Positions 1-8,510 of a stretch of 64,000 bases of DNA are shown here, one piece after another. Position numbers and translations under genes: made by a program. The notes beneath the pieces were generated by a model. The model did no database searches and was not told the DNA's origin. It saw only the letters and a program-made list of their open reading frames with translations. The first letter of the stretch is position 1. Each line of letters begins with the position of its first letter. The stretch is from a virus. Taxonomy: Duplodnaviria; Caudoviricetes. Location of the stretch: IMG/VR virus record IMGVR_UViG_3300031994_000006, positions 64,001 through 128,000 of that record; one strand, written 5' to 3'.

Positions 1-274
1 CAGGGCCGTCGAGGACGGGACACAGGTGATGAACTTCAAGGTTCCGTTTCTGCCGAAGGATACCGGAGGCGTCGAGCGTGTGTATCTGGTGCACCGGGGC
101 AATATCGTCGGCTGGATGAAGTTCTCCGGCGTCTGTTCGAAGGAATTCACGTGCACGACGACCGGGCGTCCCTGGAAGGGCAATTTCATTCAGAGGACCG
201 GCCCGTTCCACTATATTAATCCGGTTCCCTGCAGGGGATTCCAGGGATTCAGGTACTACGAGTATGACGAATAA
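1..274 (+). CDS. hypothetical phage protein, probably 5'-truncated by the window edge
   Basis: Frame is open from position 2 through the annotated ORF 26..274 and is followed by a hairpin terminator. Confidence 0.7.
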   Translation, partial: RAVEDGTQVMNFKVPFLPKDTGGVERVYLVHRGNIVGWMKFSGVCSKEFTCTTTGRPWKGNFIQRTGPFHYINPVPCRGFQGFRYYEYDE

Positions 275-298
275 GATCTGAAGAATACCGTGAAAAGC

Positions 299-336
299 AA
301 AAACGCGCGTGATCCGTCCGGATTACGCGCGTTTAA
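299..336 (+). terminator. rho-independent terminator
   Basis: Inverted repeat aaacgcgcgtgatccg-t-ccggattacgcgcgttt downstream of the stop codon. Confidence 0.7.
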
Positions 337-361
337 TTTCTGTATTCAAAGTTAAAGGCTT

Positions 362-535
362 ATGAGACATATCAAGAGACCCGCGTATTGGTTTACGACC
401 AATTTCGTGATGACGAATCTGCTTATCAGGCTCGTCAATCAGACCGCGTTACGGGACGCGGATTCATATGCGGAGCTTCCGGCCGAGGTCCGTGAGCTCA
501 TGACGGAGACACAGTATAATATGATGACAGAATAG
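362..535 (+). CDS. small hypothetical protein (57 aa, MRHIKRPAYW...)
   Basis: ATG at 362, TAG at 533-535; fills the gap before ORF 539; not in the ORF track. Confidence 0.55.
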   Translation: MRHIKRPAYWFTTNFVMTNLLIRLVNQTALRDADSYAELPAEVRELMTETQYNMMTE

Positions 536-538
536 CTT

Positions 539-811
539 ATGGTATATCAGATTACAATCAAGGACGTCCAGAAGGCCCTGCAGACATGCCAGAAGAACGG
601 CGTGGCGGTAGTGGTATGCTCAAATTCGCCGAGGATGTCATTTGCGGTATCGTTCCATATCAAGGATGACGGGACCGTCTGGTTCAGTCCGTCATATCAG
701 GTCGGTAACCTGAACCGGTGCCTGCCGGAGAACTATAACCTGCTTACCGCGATCTACGAGTTCAACAGTGATATGCGGAAATATGACAATGAGCATTTCG
801 ATTTCACATAA
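539..811 (+). CDS. hypothetical protein
   Basis: 90-aa ORF, TAATG-coupled to the next gene. Confidence 0.7.
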   Translation: MVYQITIKDVQKALQTCQKNGVAVVVCSNSPRMSFAVSFHIKDDGTVWFSPSYQVGNLNRCLPENYNLLTAIYEFNSDMRKYDNEHFDFT

Positions 812-1062
812 TGAATAAGAATCGCTATAAGAAGAAAAGGACTCTGCGACAGCATTATTTCAGATCCCTTGAGAAACTGGTCGACTTTGTCAATCATTAT
901 CATAGGGTCCGTCCTGATTTCGAGGTCCAGTCCGTTACGACGGATGTTGAGGAATGCCGGATGTTTATGTCGGAGTCCAGGAGCATCAGGAACATTTATA
1001 ACCTGCTTTATTATTCAGATGACTATTTAAAGAAAGATTATGATAAACCTACAGAATCTTAA
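811..1062 (+). CDS. hypothetical protein with MNKNRY N-terminal tag
   Basis: Starts MNKNRYKKK; translationally coupled to the upstream ORF. Confidence 0.7.
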   Translation: MNKNRYKKKRTLRQHYFRSLEKLVDFVNHYHRVRPDFEVQSVTTDVEECRMFMSESRSIRNIYNLLYYSDDYLKKDYDKPTES

Positions 1063-2377
1063 GATTTCAGATCAGGATGCGAAGTCCCTGAAGGAGCGTT
1101 TCCTCAGGGACACCGGCATCAAGGGCGATCTCATAAGGGAGCCCTATTTCACCGCGAGGATGCTGTACCTGGAGGAGTACTGCGGCGCCTGGACACAGTG
1201 GAAGGCCCTGCTCGACGAGATCTCCGGCAAGTACGGGGGCAATGTATCCGAGTTCCTGGAGTCGTATTATAACGCGAGGAACGATATGCTTCTGTCAATA
1301 TGTCCGTCGGCCGTCGAGAAGGGCGCGAACAAACGCAAGGCGCCCGAGCATCTGCTTGAGATTTACCGACAGGGCGGATTTCCGTACGCGCTGTTCAACG
1401 GAGATATGGACAAGCTGACGTCGGATGCCGCGCAGAGGATGTACGAGAAGATGCAGTCGAATATGTCCCATTACTTCATCGGTTCGTACGGCAAGACCTC
1501 GGAGGCCCTGATTATAGGACTGTCAGCGCAGAAGGCGGGCGACGGTAAGAACGTCTATACGCCGGACAATGACGGATGTCTGTTCGTGGAGGCCGATCTC
1601 AGGATGGCCAACTTCCAGGCGATGCGCTATTTCGACGGCAGGATATTCGGCCAGGACGTATACGCGCAGGACGGGCCGCTTGACATTGAACAGGAATACC
1701 GTAAATGGGCGTCCACGTTTACGGACTCTGAATACGTCCTCGGTTCGAAGTATGTCCGTCAGGTCGTATTCGGCTCGCTCAATCCCAAGAGGGAGATCTC
1801 AATCGAGCAGGCGCTCGCGGCCGCCGGCGCATGCGAGCTTTCCGGCTGGTTCGACGTATCCGGCATAGAGCACAGGTGCGTGGCCGTCAACAGCGACGCG
1901 GTCATATTCAGGATAGATTCGGATGAGGACCGGTCGAAGCTGGTCAGCATATGCGACCGTGCCGCGATGCTGCTCCGCCGTCAGGGTGTGTCACCCGGGG
2001 ACTATATGAACGGAACGGACGGAGGATCGTGCTTCCTGGAGGACGTCGGCATCCATATGAGGATCCGTCCGTTCTGGCTGCGCCGCGGCGTGGTCACCGA
2101 CGGGACGAATGAGTTCGACTTCTATATGAAGGAGTACCTGGACAAGGGCCTCGCGCCGAAGTTCATCCAGCTTGACAGCGCCAATGTGCCGCAGGTGCTG
2201 GCGTTGACCGATCCGGAACTGTGGAAGCGCGCGACCGCGCTCGCCGAGAAGGACGCCTGGTACGTCGGCAACCTCAATGCGGTCAGGGACGTACTGGAGA
2301 ACGGCGAGATTTCCAAGTATTTCATGCACAACGGCAGGCTGTGCAGCTTCGTATGGCCGCTCGTCTGGAAACGCTGA
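1040..2377 (+). CDS. hypothetical protein with DNA polymerase palm-like acidic motifs
   Basis: 445 aa; FVEADLRMANFQAM resembles family A motif A and VAVNSDAVIF resembles motif C; function not established. Confidence 0.5.
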   Translation: MINLQNLKISDQDAKSLKERFLRDTGIKGDLIREPYFTARMLYLEEYCGAWTQWKALLDEISGKYGGNVSEFLESYYNARNDMLLSICPSAVEKGANKRKAPEHLLEIYRQGGFPYALFNGDMDKLTSDAAQRMYEKMQSNMSHYFIGSYGKTSEALIIGLSAQKAGDGKNVYTPDNDGCLFVEADLRMANFQAMRYFDGRIFGQDVYAQDGPLDIEQEYRKWASTFTDSEYVLGSKYVRQVVFGSLNPKREISIEQALAAAGACELSGWFDVSGIEHRCVAVNSDAVIFRIDSDEDRSKLVSICDRAAMLLRRQGVSPGDYMNGTDGGSCFLEDVGIHMRIRPFWLRRGVVTDGTNEFDFYMKEYLDKGLAPKFIQLDSANVPQVLALTDPELWKRATALAEKDAWYVGNLNAVRDVLENGEISKYFMHNGRLCSFVWPLVWKR

Positions 2378-2530
2378 TAAAAGCTGACAGATGTCCGGAT
2401 ATCGTGACTATATGATATCCGGGCGTTTAATACAGGAACGCAGGATTGCATACGGAGCCGTTCGGAGCCCCGTGTCACATCCTGACGGTTCGGCATTATA
2501 AAGTTATTAATATCATAGAACAAAGCGATT

Positions 2531-2989
2531 ATGGAGACAAACAACACTGAGAATCCGGTCATCGACGCACAGACTGAGACCGTGCAGAACCCTATGGACT
2601 CGAGCGTGGCGAAGGTTCTCTATCCCAAGGAGAGCAAGATCCGCAAATGGCTCGGGATCGACAGCAAACAGGTCAATGACGTACTTATTCCGGCGAATGA
2701 GTCGTATCTGCGCACGCTCTATACGGGCAATGCCGAGAGCGATGCCGTACGCCTGAAGAACTTCATGCTTGAGGTGACGCACCTCATGGAATACAAGCGC
2801 TCGCATCAGTCGTATATCTGCTGTATCCGGGTGCCTGACGACCTCCTTCTCTATCTGCATGACATCGTAGAGAAGTACCGCTCGCTCGGATATTTCGTGG
2901 AGAACCTGCGCAATCACATCGACGGCGTCGACCGCGACTATCTGTTCATCTCATGGGACAAGTTCGACATTAGCAGTCCCGTACAGTGA
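2531..2989 (+). CDS. hypothetical protein
   Basis: 152-aa ORF with phage-typical codon usage; GTGA overlap with the next gene. Confidence 0.75.
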   Translation: METNNTENPVIDAQTETVQNPMDSSVAKVLYPKESKIRKWLGIDSKQVNDVLIPANESYLRTLYTGNAESDAVRLKNFMLEVTHLMEYKRSHQSYICCIRVPDDLLLYLHDIVEKYRSLGYFVENLRNHIDGVDRDYLFISWDKFDISSPVQ

Positions 2990-3348
2990 ACAAGAACCGC
3001 TATAAGAAGGAAAAGCCCCCGAAGCTTTCCGATCCGTACGGGTTGAGCCTCGTGCTCGATCCGACGGATTTCTATGTAAAGAAGGACTTCGGATCCAGTC
3101 CGACGGTATTCAAGATGCTTAATACGGATACCGCCGTGTCCAATTTCGCGGATTTCCTGGCGTTTTATGACGGCGGCAGTGTAAACAAGGTCTGCATGGA
3201 TATATCAAGGATTGAGATGGCCCCGCCGGCGCTGGTGAAGAAGTGTATAGAACAGGTATTACAGTCAATAGAGAAGAAATGGAAAAAACAGGATCAGTAT
3301 TCAGAAGACCTCCGCAGAGTCATCGGGACAATGTTGAGACGCTTATGA
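2986..3348 (+). CDS. hypothetical protein with MNKNRY N-terminal tag
   Basis: GTG start overlapping the upstream stop; MNKNRYKKE. Confidence 0.7.
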   Translation: MNKNRYKKEKPPKLSDPYGLSLVLDPTDFYVKKDFGSSPTVFKMLNTDTAVSNFADFLAFYDGGSVNKVCMDISRIEMAPPALVKKCIEQVLQSIEKKWKKQDQYSEDLRRVIGTMLRRL

Positions 3349-3644
3349 GGAACACCTCATGGACCGAGGCGGAATGTGAGAAATTCATAACGATGGTCAC
3401 CGGGTACCTTGACTCATGCGGGTACTTCATGGGCGACTTCAATATACACAGGCTGCCGGTTCCGGAAGACTGGCGTCCGTACAGTCAGGAAGGCATCTGC
3501 AGATGGGTGCTCGATATGGCGCTTCAGCTGAACATGGAGTGCGGGTTTGAGTATGACGTCAGACTGAAGGGTGACCGGCGAGATCCAGCATACAGATCTT
3601 ATGCACAAGAAGAAGATACTGAGGCTCAGCAGGGATCCGTCTGA
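3345..3644 (+). CDS. hypothetical protein
   Basis: ATGA overlap at 3345 (MRNTSWTEAEC) is the likely true start of ORF 3243..3644. Confidence 0.6.
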   Translation: MRNTSWTEAECEKFITMVTGYLDSCGYFMGDFNIHRLPVPEDWRPYSQEGICRWVLDMALQLNMECGFEYDVRLKGDRRDPAYRSYAQEEDTEAQQGSV

Positions 3645-3906
3645 ATGGGTATACTATAAGGAGCCGAACGGATACAGCTGGTCTCCGGAGCCGGGCTGGT
3701 GGAGGATCACAGGCTCGTACAGGGACGTAAGCTACGGAATGGGTAACGGCACATTCCTGATACTGACAAGGCCTGACTGGGCCAGTATGCTTCATGTCAG
3801 GGTCGAACACTGCAGACCGGCGAACACGGTCAAGGACTTCAGGGAACTGGAGGAGACCATCAGCCGGCTCGAGCGTTATATCAATGACGATTACAGGAAG
3901 ACATGA
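3601..3906 (+). CDS. hypothetical protein
   Basis: Likely ATG at 3601 within ORF 3571..3906; ATGA overlap with the next gene. Confidence 0.6.
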   Translation: MHKKKILRLSRDPSEWVYYKEPNGYSWSPEPGWWRITGSYRDVSYGMGNGTFLILTRPDWASMLHVRVEHCRPANTVKDFRELEETISRLERYINDDYRKT

Positions 3907-4259
3907 ACAAGAACAGATATGTACTGAAGGAGGAACGGGAGAAACCCTGCTATACCAAGATAGGGGGTATCAATGCATGCTCGGCCATTAATAGCGATAT
4001 GGATCTTGACTGTTTCATGCCGATCGGTCCCGGCAGGTACTGTCTGTATAAGCTGGATTACGGCGATTACTGGATAGTCGGCAGGATTCCGGAATTCAGC
4101 AACCTGCCTTATACACCCGGTATGTGCATCGAGATACCTGTAGAGTCGAGCAGCGGATATCTGCTGATGCTGAAGCCCTGTAATATCAGGGGAATCCTGA
4201 CGGACATGGGACTTGAGCGTATCCGCAGATATACGGATACCAGAATATACAGAAAATGA
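3903..4259 (+). CDS. hypothetical protein with MNKNRY N-terminal tag
   Basis: MNKNRYVLK; ATGA-coupled on both sides. Confidence 0.7.
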   Translation: MNKNRYVLKEEREKPCYTKIGGINACSAINSDMDLDCFMPIGPGRYCLYKLDYGDYWIVGRIPEFSNLPYTPGMCIEIPVESSSGYLLMLKPCNIRGILTDMGLERIRRYTDTRIYRK

Positions 4260-4582
4260 ACAAAGAGAGATACAGCGGAAAGGCCGGCAGGCCCGCATGG
4301 TATAAGGAACCGGTTGACTGTGAGGACATGTATACGTTCCTCAAGGAAAACGGCCTGTCCAAGGTACGGCCGCTTATACCCGGTGGCGGATGTATGTTCA
4401 GGACGACAGGCCCGGCGTCATATGGCAGGGACAAGTATATATACGGCATATTCACGGGTACGGTCATAAAACCGGGCGAATACGCGGTCCAGGGACCGGA
4501 CGGCCATCTGCAGTCTGTATTATACTATAATATCACAGGCGTTCCGTATGAGAAACCGCCGGAACTGCCGAGACCTTATTAA
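4256..4582 (+). CDS. hypothetical protein with MNKERY tag variant
   Basis: MNKERYSGK; ATGA-coupled. Confidence 0.65.
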   Translation: MNKERYSGKAGRPAWYKEPVDCEDMYTFLKENGLSKVRPLIPGGGCMFRTTGPASYGRDKYIYGIFTGTVIKPGEYAVQGPDGHLQSVLYYNITGVPYEKPPELPRPY

Positions 4583-4613
4583 ATATAGTGTTTAATCTTT
4601 AAAACTTATCTGA

Positions 4614-5645
4614 ATGGAACTCGAGAACGACGTTTGGCTGGACGATGAGACTATTGAGGAGAGCAGCGACAAGGAACATATGTCGAAGTTCACACAGTAT
4701 ATCATCGACGGCGATAATTACGTGCCTGTCCAGAAATGCGGCAAGACGCTTCCGAGCGGCTATTACAGGATAGGCTTTAACGACAATACGCAGCAGGTGT
4801 TCTTCATCAGGCAGAAGATCATCATGCCCAAGCTGTACACCCTGCCCAACTCGCTGCACCGCGACATCATGCGCGACATACAGCATTTCTGGGAGTCGAA
4901 GGACCGCTACAAGGCCTTCGGTAATGTTTATAAGCGCAATATTCTGATATATTCTGTACCTGGTACGGGTAAGACAAGCCTTATCAATCTTATTGTCAGG
5001 GATCTCCTGAAGAAAAGGAAGGGCATCGTCATACAGATCAACAAGGCGAACGACCTCGTGCTATATCCGCTGGCCATGAAGTACTTCAGGCAGGTGGAGG
5101 GCGACAGGCCCGTCATACTCGTCATGGAGGACTTCGACACGCTCCTCCTCGACGACACCTACAAGAGCGCGATGCTCAACCTCCTCGACGGAAACGACCA
5201 GTTCGACAACGTGGTGACCATCGCCACGACCAACCATCCCGAGAAGATAAACGACCAGTTCAGCAACAGGCCGAGCCGGTTCAACCTCATCATCGAGTAC
5301 GGCAAGCCGAGCGCCAAGGTCCGCAAGTTCTATATCGAGACCAAGCTCAAGGAGGCCGGCATTGATATCAGGAAAATCAAGGACGACATCACCAGGTACG
5401 TCTCCAGGTCGTCCGGCTATACGATGGATCACCTCAAGGAGCTCATCCAGGGCATATTCGTCGACGAGCTGCCTGAGGAGGACGTGTTTGGCCGCATCGA
5501 CGCGATGATCGAGAAACGCGGCCTGTACAAGGCGAACGACGACTATATCGGTGCCGGCGGGGGCGACGACGAGGACTGGGACGATGAGGTCGACGGGGCC
5601 CTGCCGCCGCTTCCGACGCCGAAGCGTAAGATCGGATTCGTATAA
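4614..5645 (+). CDS. AAA+ family ATPase
   Basis: Walker A SVPGTGKT, Walker B ILVMEDFD, sensor ATTNHPE, arginine finger RPSRF, C-terminal KIGF. Confidence 0.9.
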   Translation: MELENDVWLDDETIEESSDKEHMSKFTQYIIDGDNYVPVQKCGKTLPSGYYRIGFNDNTQQVFFIRQKIIMPKLYTLPNSLHRDIMRDIQHFWESKDRYKAFGNVYKRNILIYSVPGTGKTSLINLIVRDLLKKRKGIVIQINKANDLVLYPLAMKYFRQVEGDRPVILVMEDFDTLLLDDTYKSAMLNLLDGNDQFDNVVTIATTNHPEKINDQFSNRPSRFNLIIEYGKPSAKVRKFYIETKLKEAGIDIRKIKDDITRYVSRSSGYTMDHLKELIQGIFVDELPEEDVFGRIDAMIEKRGLYKANDDYIGAGGGDDEDWDDEVDGALPPLPTPKRKIGFV

Positions 5646-5648
5646 ATA
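5641..5648 (+). promoter_or_regulatory. T4-type late promoter TATAAATA
   Basis: Exact T4 late consensus 4 nt before the ATG at 5653. Confidence 0.65.
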
Positions 5649-5652
5649 CGGT

Positions 5653-6096
5653 ATGAGACTCGACAGGATTTATACCCAGATAACCGAGGCGTTCAAGGCG
5701 GGCAACAGGGCACGCAAGAAGGAAGCTGTCCAGGATGCGGCCGTCATGCCGGACAGTCCCGTGGACGAGGATCTCCGGGATCTCGTCAACGATTTTATGT
5801 TCAGGACAAGCGTGGAGGCCTGCATAGAGACCAACGGCTGCGACAAGTCCAAGCTGACAATCAGCGGCGACAATTCACAGATCATCGTCCGGTTTATGCT
5901 CCCTGGCGAGAACAAGAAATGTTTTATCCTGATATATCCGGCCGAAAAACATGTCATACTGCACGGCGGCAAGGTGCAGGGAATCAAAAAGATTGATTTT
6001 GACAATGACGGCGATTTTACCCCCAAGGTGAACCTGATGGTCAACATGATGCACTACGTCGAAATGCTTATCGGAACATACAAAGAAGAAGTGTAA
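5653..6096 (+). CDS. EAFxAGNRARKKE-tagged protein (putative internal head protein)
   Basis: MRLDRIYTQITE-AFKAGNRARKKEAVQD; ATG at 5653 follows a late promoter box. Confidence 0.75.
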   Translation: MRLDRIYTQITEAFKAGNRARKKEAVQDAAVMPDSPVDEDLRDLVNDFMFRTSVEACIETNGCDKSKLTISGDNSQIIVRFMLPGENKKCFILIYPAEKHVILHGGKVQGIKKIDFDNDGDFTPKVNLMVNMMHYVEMLIGTYKEEV

Positions 6097-6130
6097 AACG
6101 TACACTTAAAGTTGATATATGTCAAATAAT

Positions 6131-6170
6131 AAGGCCTGATTCAGTTTCTGCGGCTCTGAATCAGGCCTTT
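6131..6170 (+). terminator. hairpin terminator
   Basis: Perfect 14-bp inverted repeat aaggcctgattcag...ctgaatcaggcctt. Confidence 0.7.
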
Positions 6171-6268
6171 AAAGCGCCCTGAAACGTTAAATATCCAGAA
6201 CGGCGACTGAACGGCCGGTTCTTTACGGGGCCGGACGATAGCCGAGAAAAGAAAAGAGAAAGAAGAGT

Positions 6269-6361
6269 ATGAGAGTTATCAGGAAAATGCTGGGTTCGCT
6301 CGGCCGCGGCTGGAAAGAGGCCGCAAAGCTGATGGCTCCGCCCGCGATAGCCGGGATGTAA
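6269..6361 (+). CDS. small peptide (30 aa)
   Basis: ATG after a purine-rich tract (agaagagtATG) matching the context of 6479. Confidence 0.35.
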   Translation: MRVIRKMLGSLGRGWKEAAKLMAPPAIAGM

Positions 6362-6364
6362 GCC

Positions 6365-6460
6365 ATGACTGTTTTGATTGTTATTACGATAGCGGCGTTC
6401 GCCGCATCGGTGTGGACGCTTACGGGGATTCGTATAAAAGAACCCCGTGGGCATAAATAA
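6365..6460 (+). CDS. small hydrophobic peptide (31 aa)
   Basis: MTVLIVITIAAFAASVWTL..., one putative transmembrane segment; tightly packed between neighbours. Confidence 0.35.
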   Translation: MTVLIVITIAAFAASVWTLTGIRIKEPRGHK

Positions 6461-6478
6461 AAAAGAAAGGAAAAGAGT

Positions 6479-6868
6479 ATGAAGAGAATTATCATGACGG
6501 CCCTGATGGCCGTTGCGTTCATGTCCGCGATGGCGGATACCGAGAAAGAGATGTCAAGGGAGGAGCTTGCGTCCGCCTATGACATGAGCGTCAGCTACAG
6601 GAGCCTTGACAGGGCGCTTGAGCTGACACAGGATCAGGCCGAATATATGCACATGGCATACGACCTTTTCCGGAAGCAGATGGAATGCGCCGGAATGTGC
6701 TCCGGCAAGGCGTCGCGTGATGCGATGACCTCCAACGCGATCAGGTCGCATGTCGGCATCATCAGGCCGGTCCTTGATCAGAGGCAGTACCGCAAGTACC
6801 TGACACTGCTCAATACGACGCTCCGTAACAGGAATATCGACGCGGCCGGAAACAATGACAGGAAATAG
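6479..6868 (+). CDS. secreted/periplasmic helical protein, Bacteroidota-like
   Basis: Signal peptide MKRIIMTALMAVAFMSAMA; LELTQDQ and YRKYLTLLNTTLRNR motifs. Confidence 0.75.
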   Translation: MKRIIMTALMAVAFMSAMADTEKEMSREELASAYDMSVSYRSLDRALELTQDQAEYMHMAYDLFRKQMECAGMCSGKASRDAMTSNAIRSHVGIIRPVLDQRQYRKYLTLLNTTLRNRNIDAAGNNDRK

Positions 6869-6892
6869 CCTGGCGGCAGTCGCCGTTCAAAC

Positions 6893-6925
6893 AGGAAAGG
6901 GACTCATTCGAGTCCCTTTCTTTAT
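6893..6925. terminator. bidirectional terminator
   Basis: gaaagggactc-attc-gagtccctttc between convergent genes. Confidence 0.75.
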
Positions 6926-6928
6926 TCA

Positions 6929-7651
6929 TCAAAGCCATCCCCATTGTATCATCCTGGTGACGGTCTCTTCATACGTTATTGAGCCGTTCAGGCCGAACTT
7001 GTATTCCGTATTACAGTACCCGCATCCGGGATCCTTGAACGTGTCATGCACGCACATTCCGTGCTGCTCAAGCGGTTCGATAAGGTGCTCGAATATCTCG
7101 GTCTGTTTGAGGTCGGCTATGAACGACACCATCTCCTCCCTCATCATCGGCGGGCATTCCTTGAACACGACCAGCTCGAGGTTCGAGTCGACGAAGCACA
7201 GTGCATCGACCTGACCGGCCCTGTGCTTGTTGCGTCCCTTCCTTTTCCATTCGGCGAAGTCCGTCACGGAGTCGATGCTGTCGAACGTTATTTTCCTGGT
7301 GACCCAGCTGCCGACGCACGCGCTGGTGACGGTCTTCGGTATGTTCAGCACCTCTGCGAGGTTGTCGCCCCTTATCACAAGCGTCCTGAGTCTGTCGAAT
7401 CCCATCTGCGAGAAGTCGAACGTCAGCAGATCGGCATCGTCGCCCTTCTCGTCGAACGACAGGTCAAGGGTTTCGCACTTCTTCATGTCGCTGAGCCTGA
7501 CTATGCCGGAACGCTCCATCTCATGCTTTATCTGGGGATCCGGCCATGCAATCAGGGGATCCACGGAATTCACCGTGTCCTGCGCGGATTCCTGTTTCCT
7601 TGCCCTGTTTCCGGCCCTGAAGGCCTCGTTGAAGTCGAATTTTCTCCTCAT
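6929..7651 (-). CDS. EAFxAGNRARKKE-tagged protein (putative internal head protein)
   Basis: MRRKFDFNE-AFRAGNRARKQESAQD; the following PLIAWPDPQIKHEMERSGI resembles the starts of polyprotein modules 4 and 7. Confidence 0.75.
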   Translation of the reverse strand: MRRKFDFNEAFRAGNRARKQESAQDTVNSVDPLIAWPDPQIKHEMERSGIVRLSDMKKCETLDLSFDEKGDDADLLTFDFSQMGFDRLRTLVIRGDNLAEVLNIPKTVTSACVGSWVTRKITFDSIDSVTDFAEWKRKGRNKHRAGQVDALCFVDSNLELVVFKECPPMMREEMVSFIADLKQTEIFEHLIEPLEQHGMCVHDTFKDPGCGYCNTEYKFGLNGSITYEETVTRMIQWGWL

Positions 7652-7652
7652 A

Positions 7653-7659
7653 ATAAATA
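7653..7659 (+). promoter_or_regulatory. late promoter-like ATAAATA
   Basis: Intergenic, 21 nt upstream of the ATG at 7681. Confidence 0.5.
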
Positions 7660-7680
7660 GCCAAACCTATCGGTATTATT

Positions 7681-8130
7681 ATGTCATATTTACTTTCCGA
7701 TATATTCCGGCAGCTCTGTGAAGCCTTCAGGGCAGGCAATGCCGCCCGTAAGAAGGAATCTGCACAGGATTCCGTCGACGGAGGCCGTGTCATACCGCCG
7801 TCGGAGGTGCTGAAGCAGTATTTCGGTGATAAGATGGACGACCTGAGGACCGTCAAGATAGACATTGACGGACGGATCAGGGAATACCTGACGACATATG
7901 TGGAGGGATATACGGACGGCCGTAATATGGTCAGGATCTCGTTCATTGACGAATGGCCCCTGATTTCCGGCGATACATTCCTTCTCAAGATGTACTATGA
8001 CAACGGCGACAGGGATGATCTCCATTTCGGCGATGAAATCGACAATGCCGATATATTGCTCTGTGTGTGCGACGAGATTATGGACGCCGTCGACGGATCG
8101 GAGGATGAAACTGAAGAGGATGACGAATGA
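7681..8130 (+). CDS. EAFxAGNRARKKE-tagged acidic protein (putative internal head protein)
   Basis: MSYLLSDIFRQLCE-AFRAGNAARKKESAQD. Confidence 0.75.
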   Translation: MSYLLSDIFRQLCEAFRAGNAARKKESAQDSVDGGRVIPPSEVLKQYFGDKMDDLRTVKIDIDGRIREYLTTYVEGYTDGRNMVRISFIDEWPLISGDTFLLKMYYDNGDRDDLHFGDEIDNADILLCVCDEIMDAVDGSEDETEEDDE

Positions 8131-8510
8131 TTAAGGAGATATACTGCCGCATGCCCGGCGATCCCAAGTACGACAAGGGCCGCATTCATATAGACGACGA
8201 AGTCAGCGCGCTGCTGCAGCGCATCAGGATTTGCCTCGGCACCCGTCAGGGCGAGGTGCTCGGGGATCCGTACTTCGGTATCGACCTGACCGACTATCTG
8301 TTCGACATGTCGTACGACAAGGCGGCCATCGAGGCGGCCATTATGGAGAACCTGACCGACTACGTCATAGCACCGTTCGCCAGCGACAGGGGATACGATG
8401 TGTCCGTCGACGTCGAGTTCGGCAAGGACCCGCAGGCCCGCGCTGACTACATGCTTGTCGACATATCGATAAACGGTGAGAAACTGCTCGGAATACTTGT
8501 TACGGTATGA
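8127..8510 (+). CDS. baseplate wedge protein, T4 gp25-like
   Basis: LLQRIRICLGTRQGEVLGDPYFGIDLTDYLFD matches the gp25/GPW TxxGExxxxPxFG signature; 127 aa. Confidence 0.8.
   Translation: MIKEIYCRMPGDPKYDKGRIHIDDEVSALLQRIRICLGTRQGEVLGDPYFGIDLTDYLFDMSYDKAAIEAAIMENLTDYVIAPFASDRGYDVSVDVEFGKDPQARADYMLVDISINGEKLLGILVTV

Noticed and set aside
6453-6459. ATAAATA as a late promoter for 6479
   Set aside because: Coincides with the end of a small ORF in an A-rich tract, and the downstream gene does not look structural; ambiguous.
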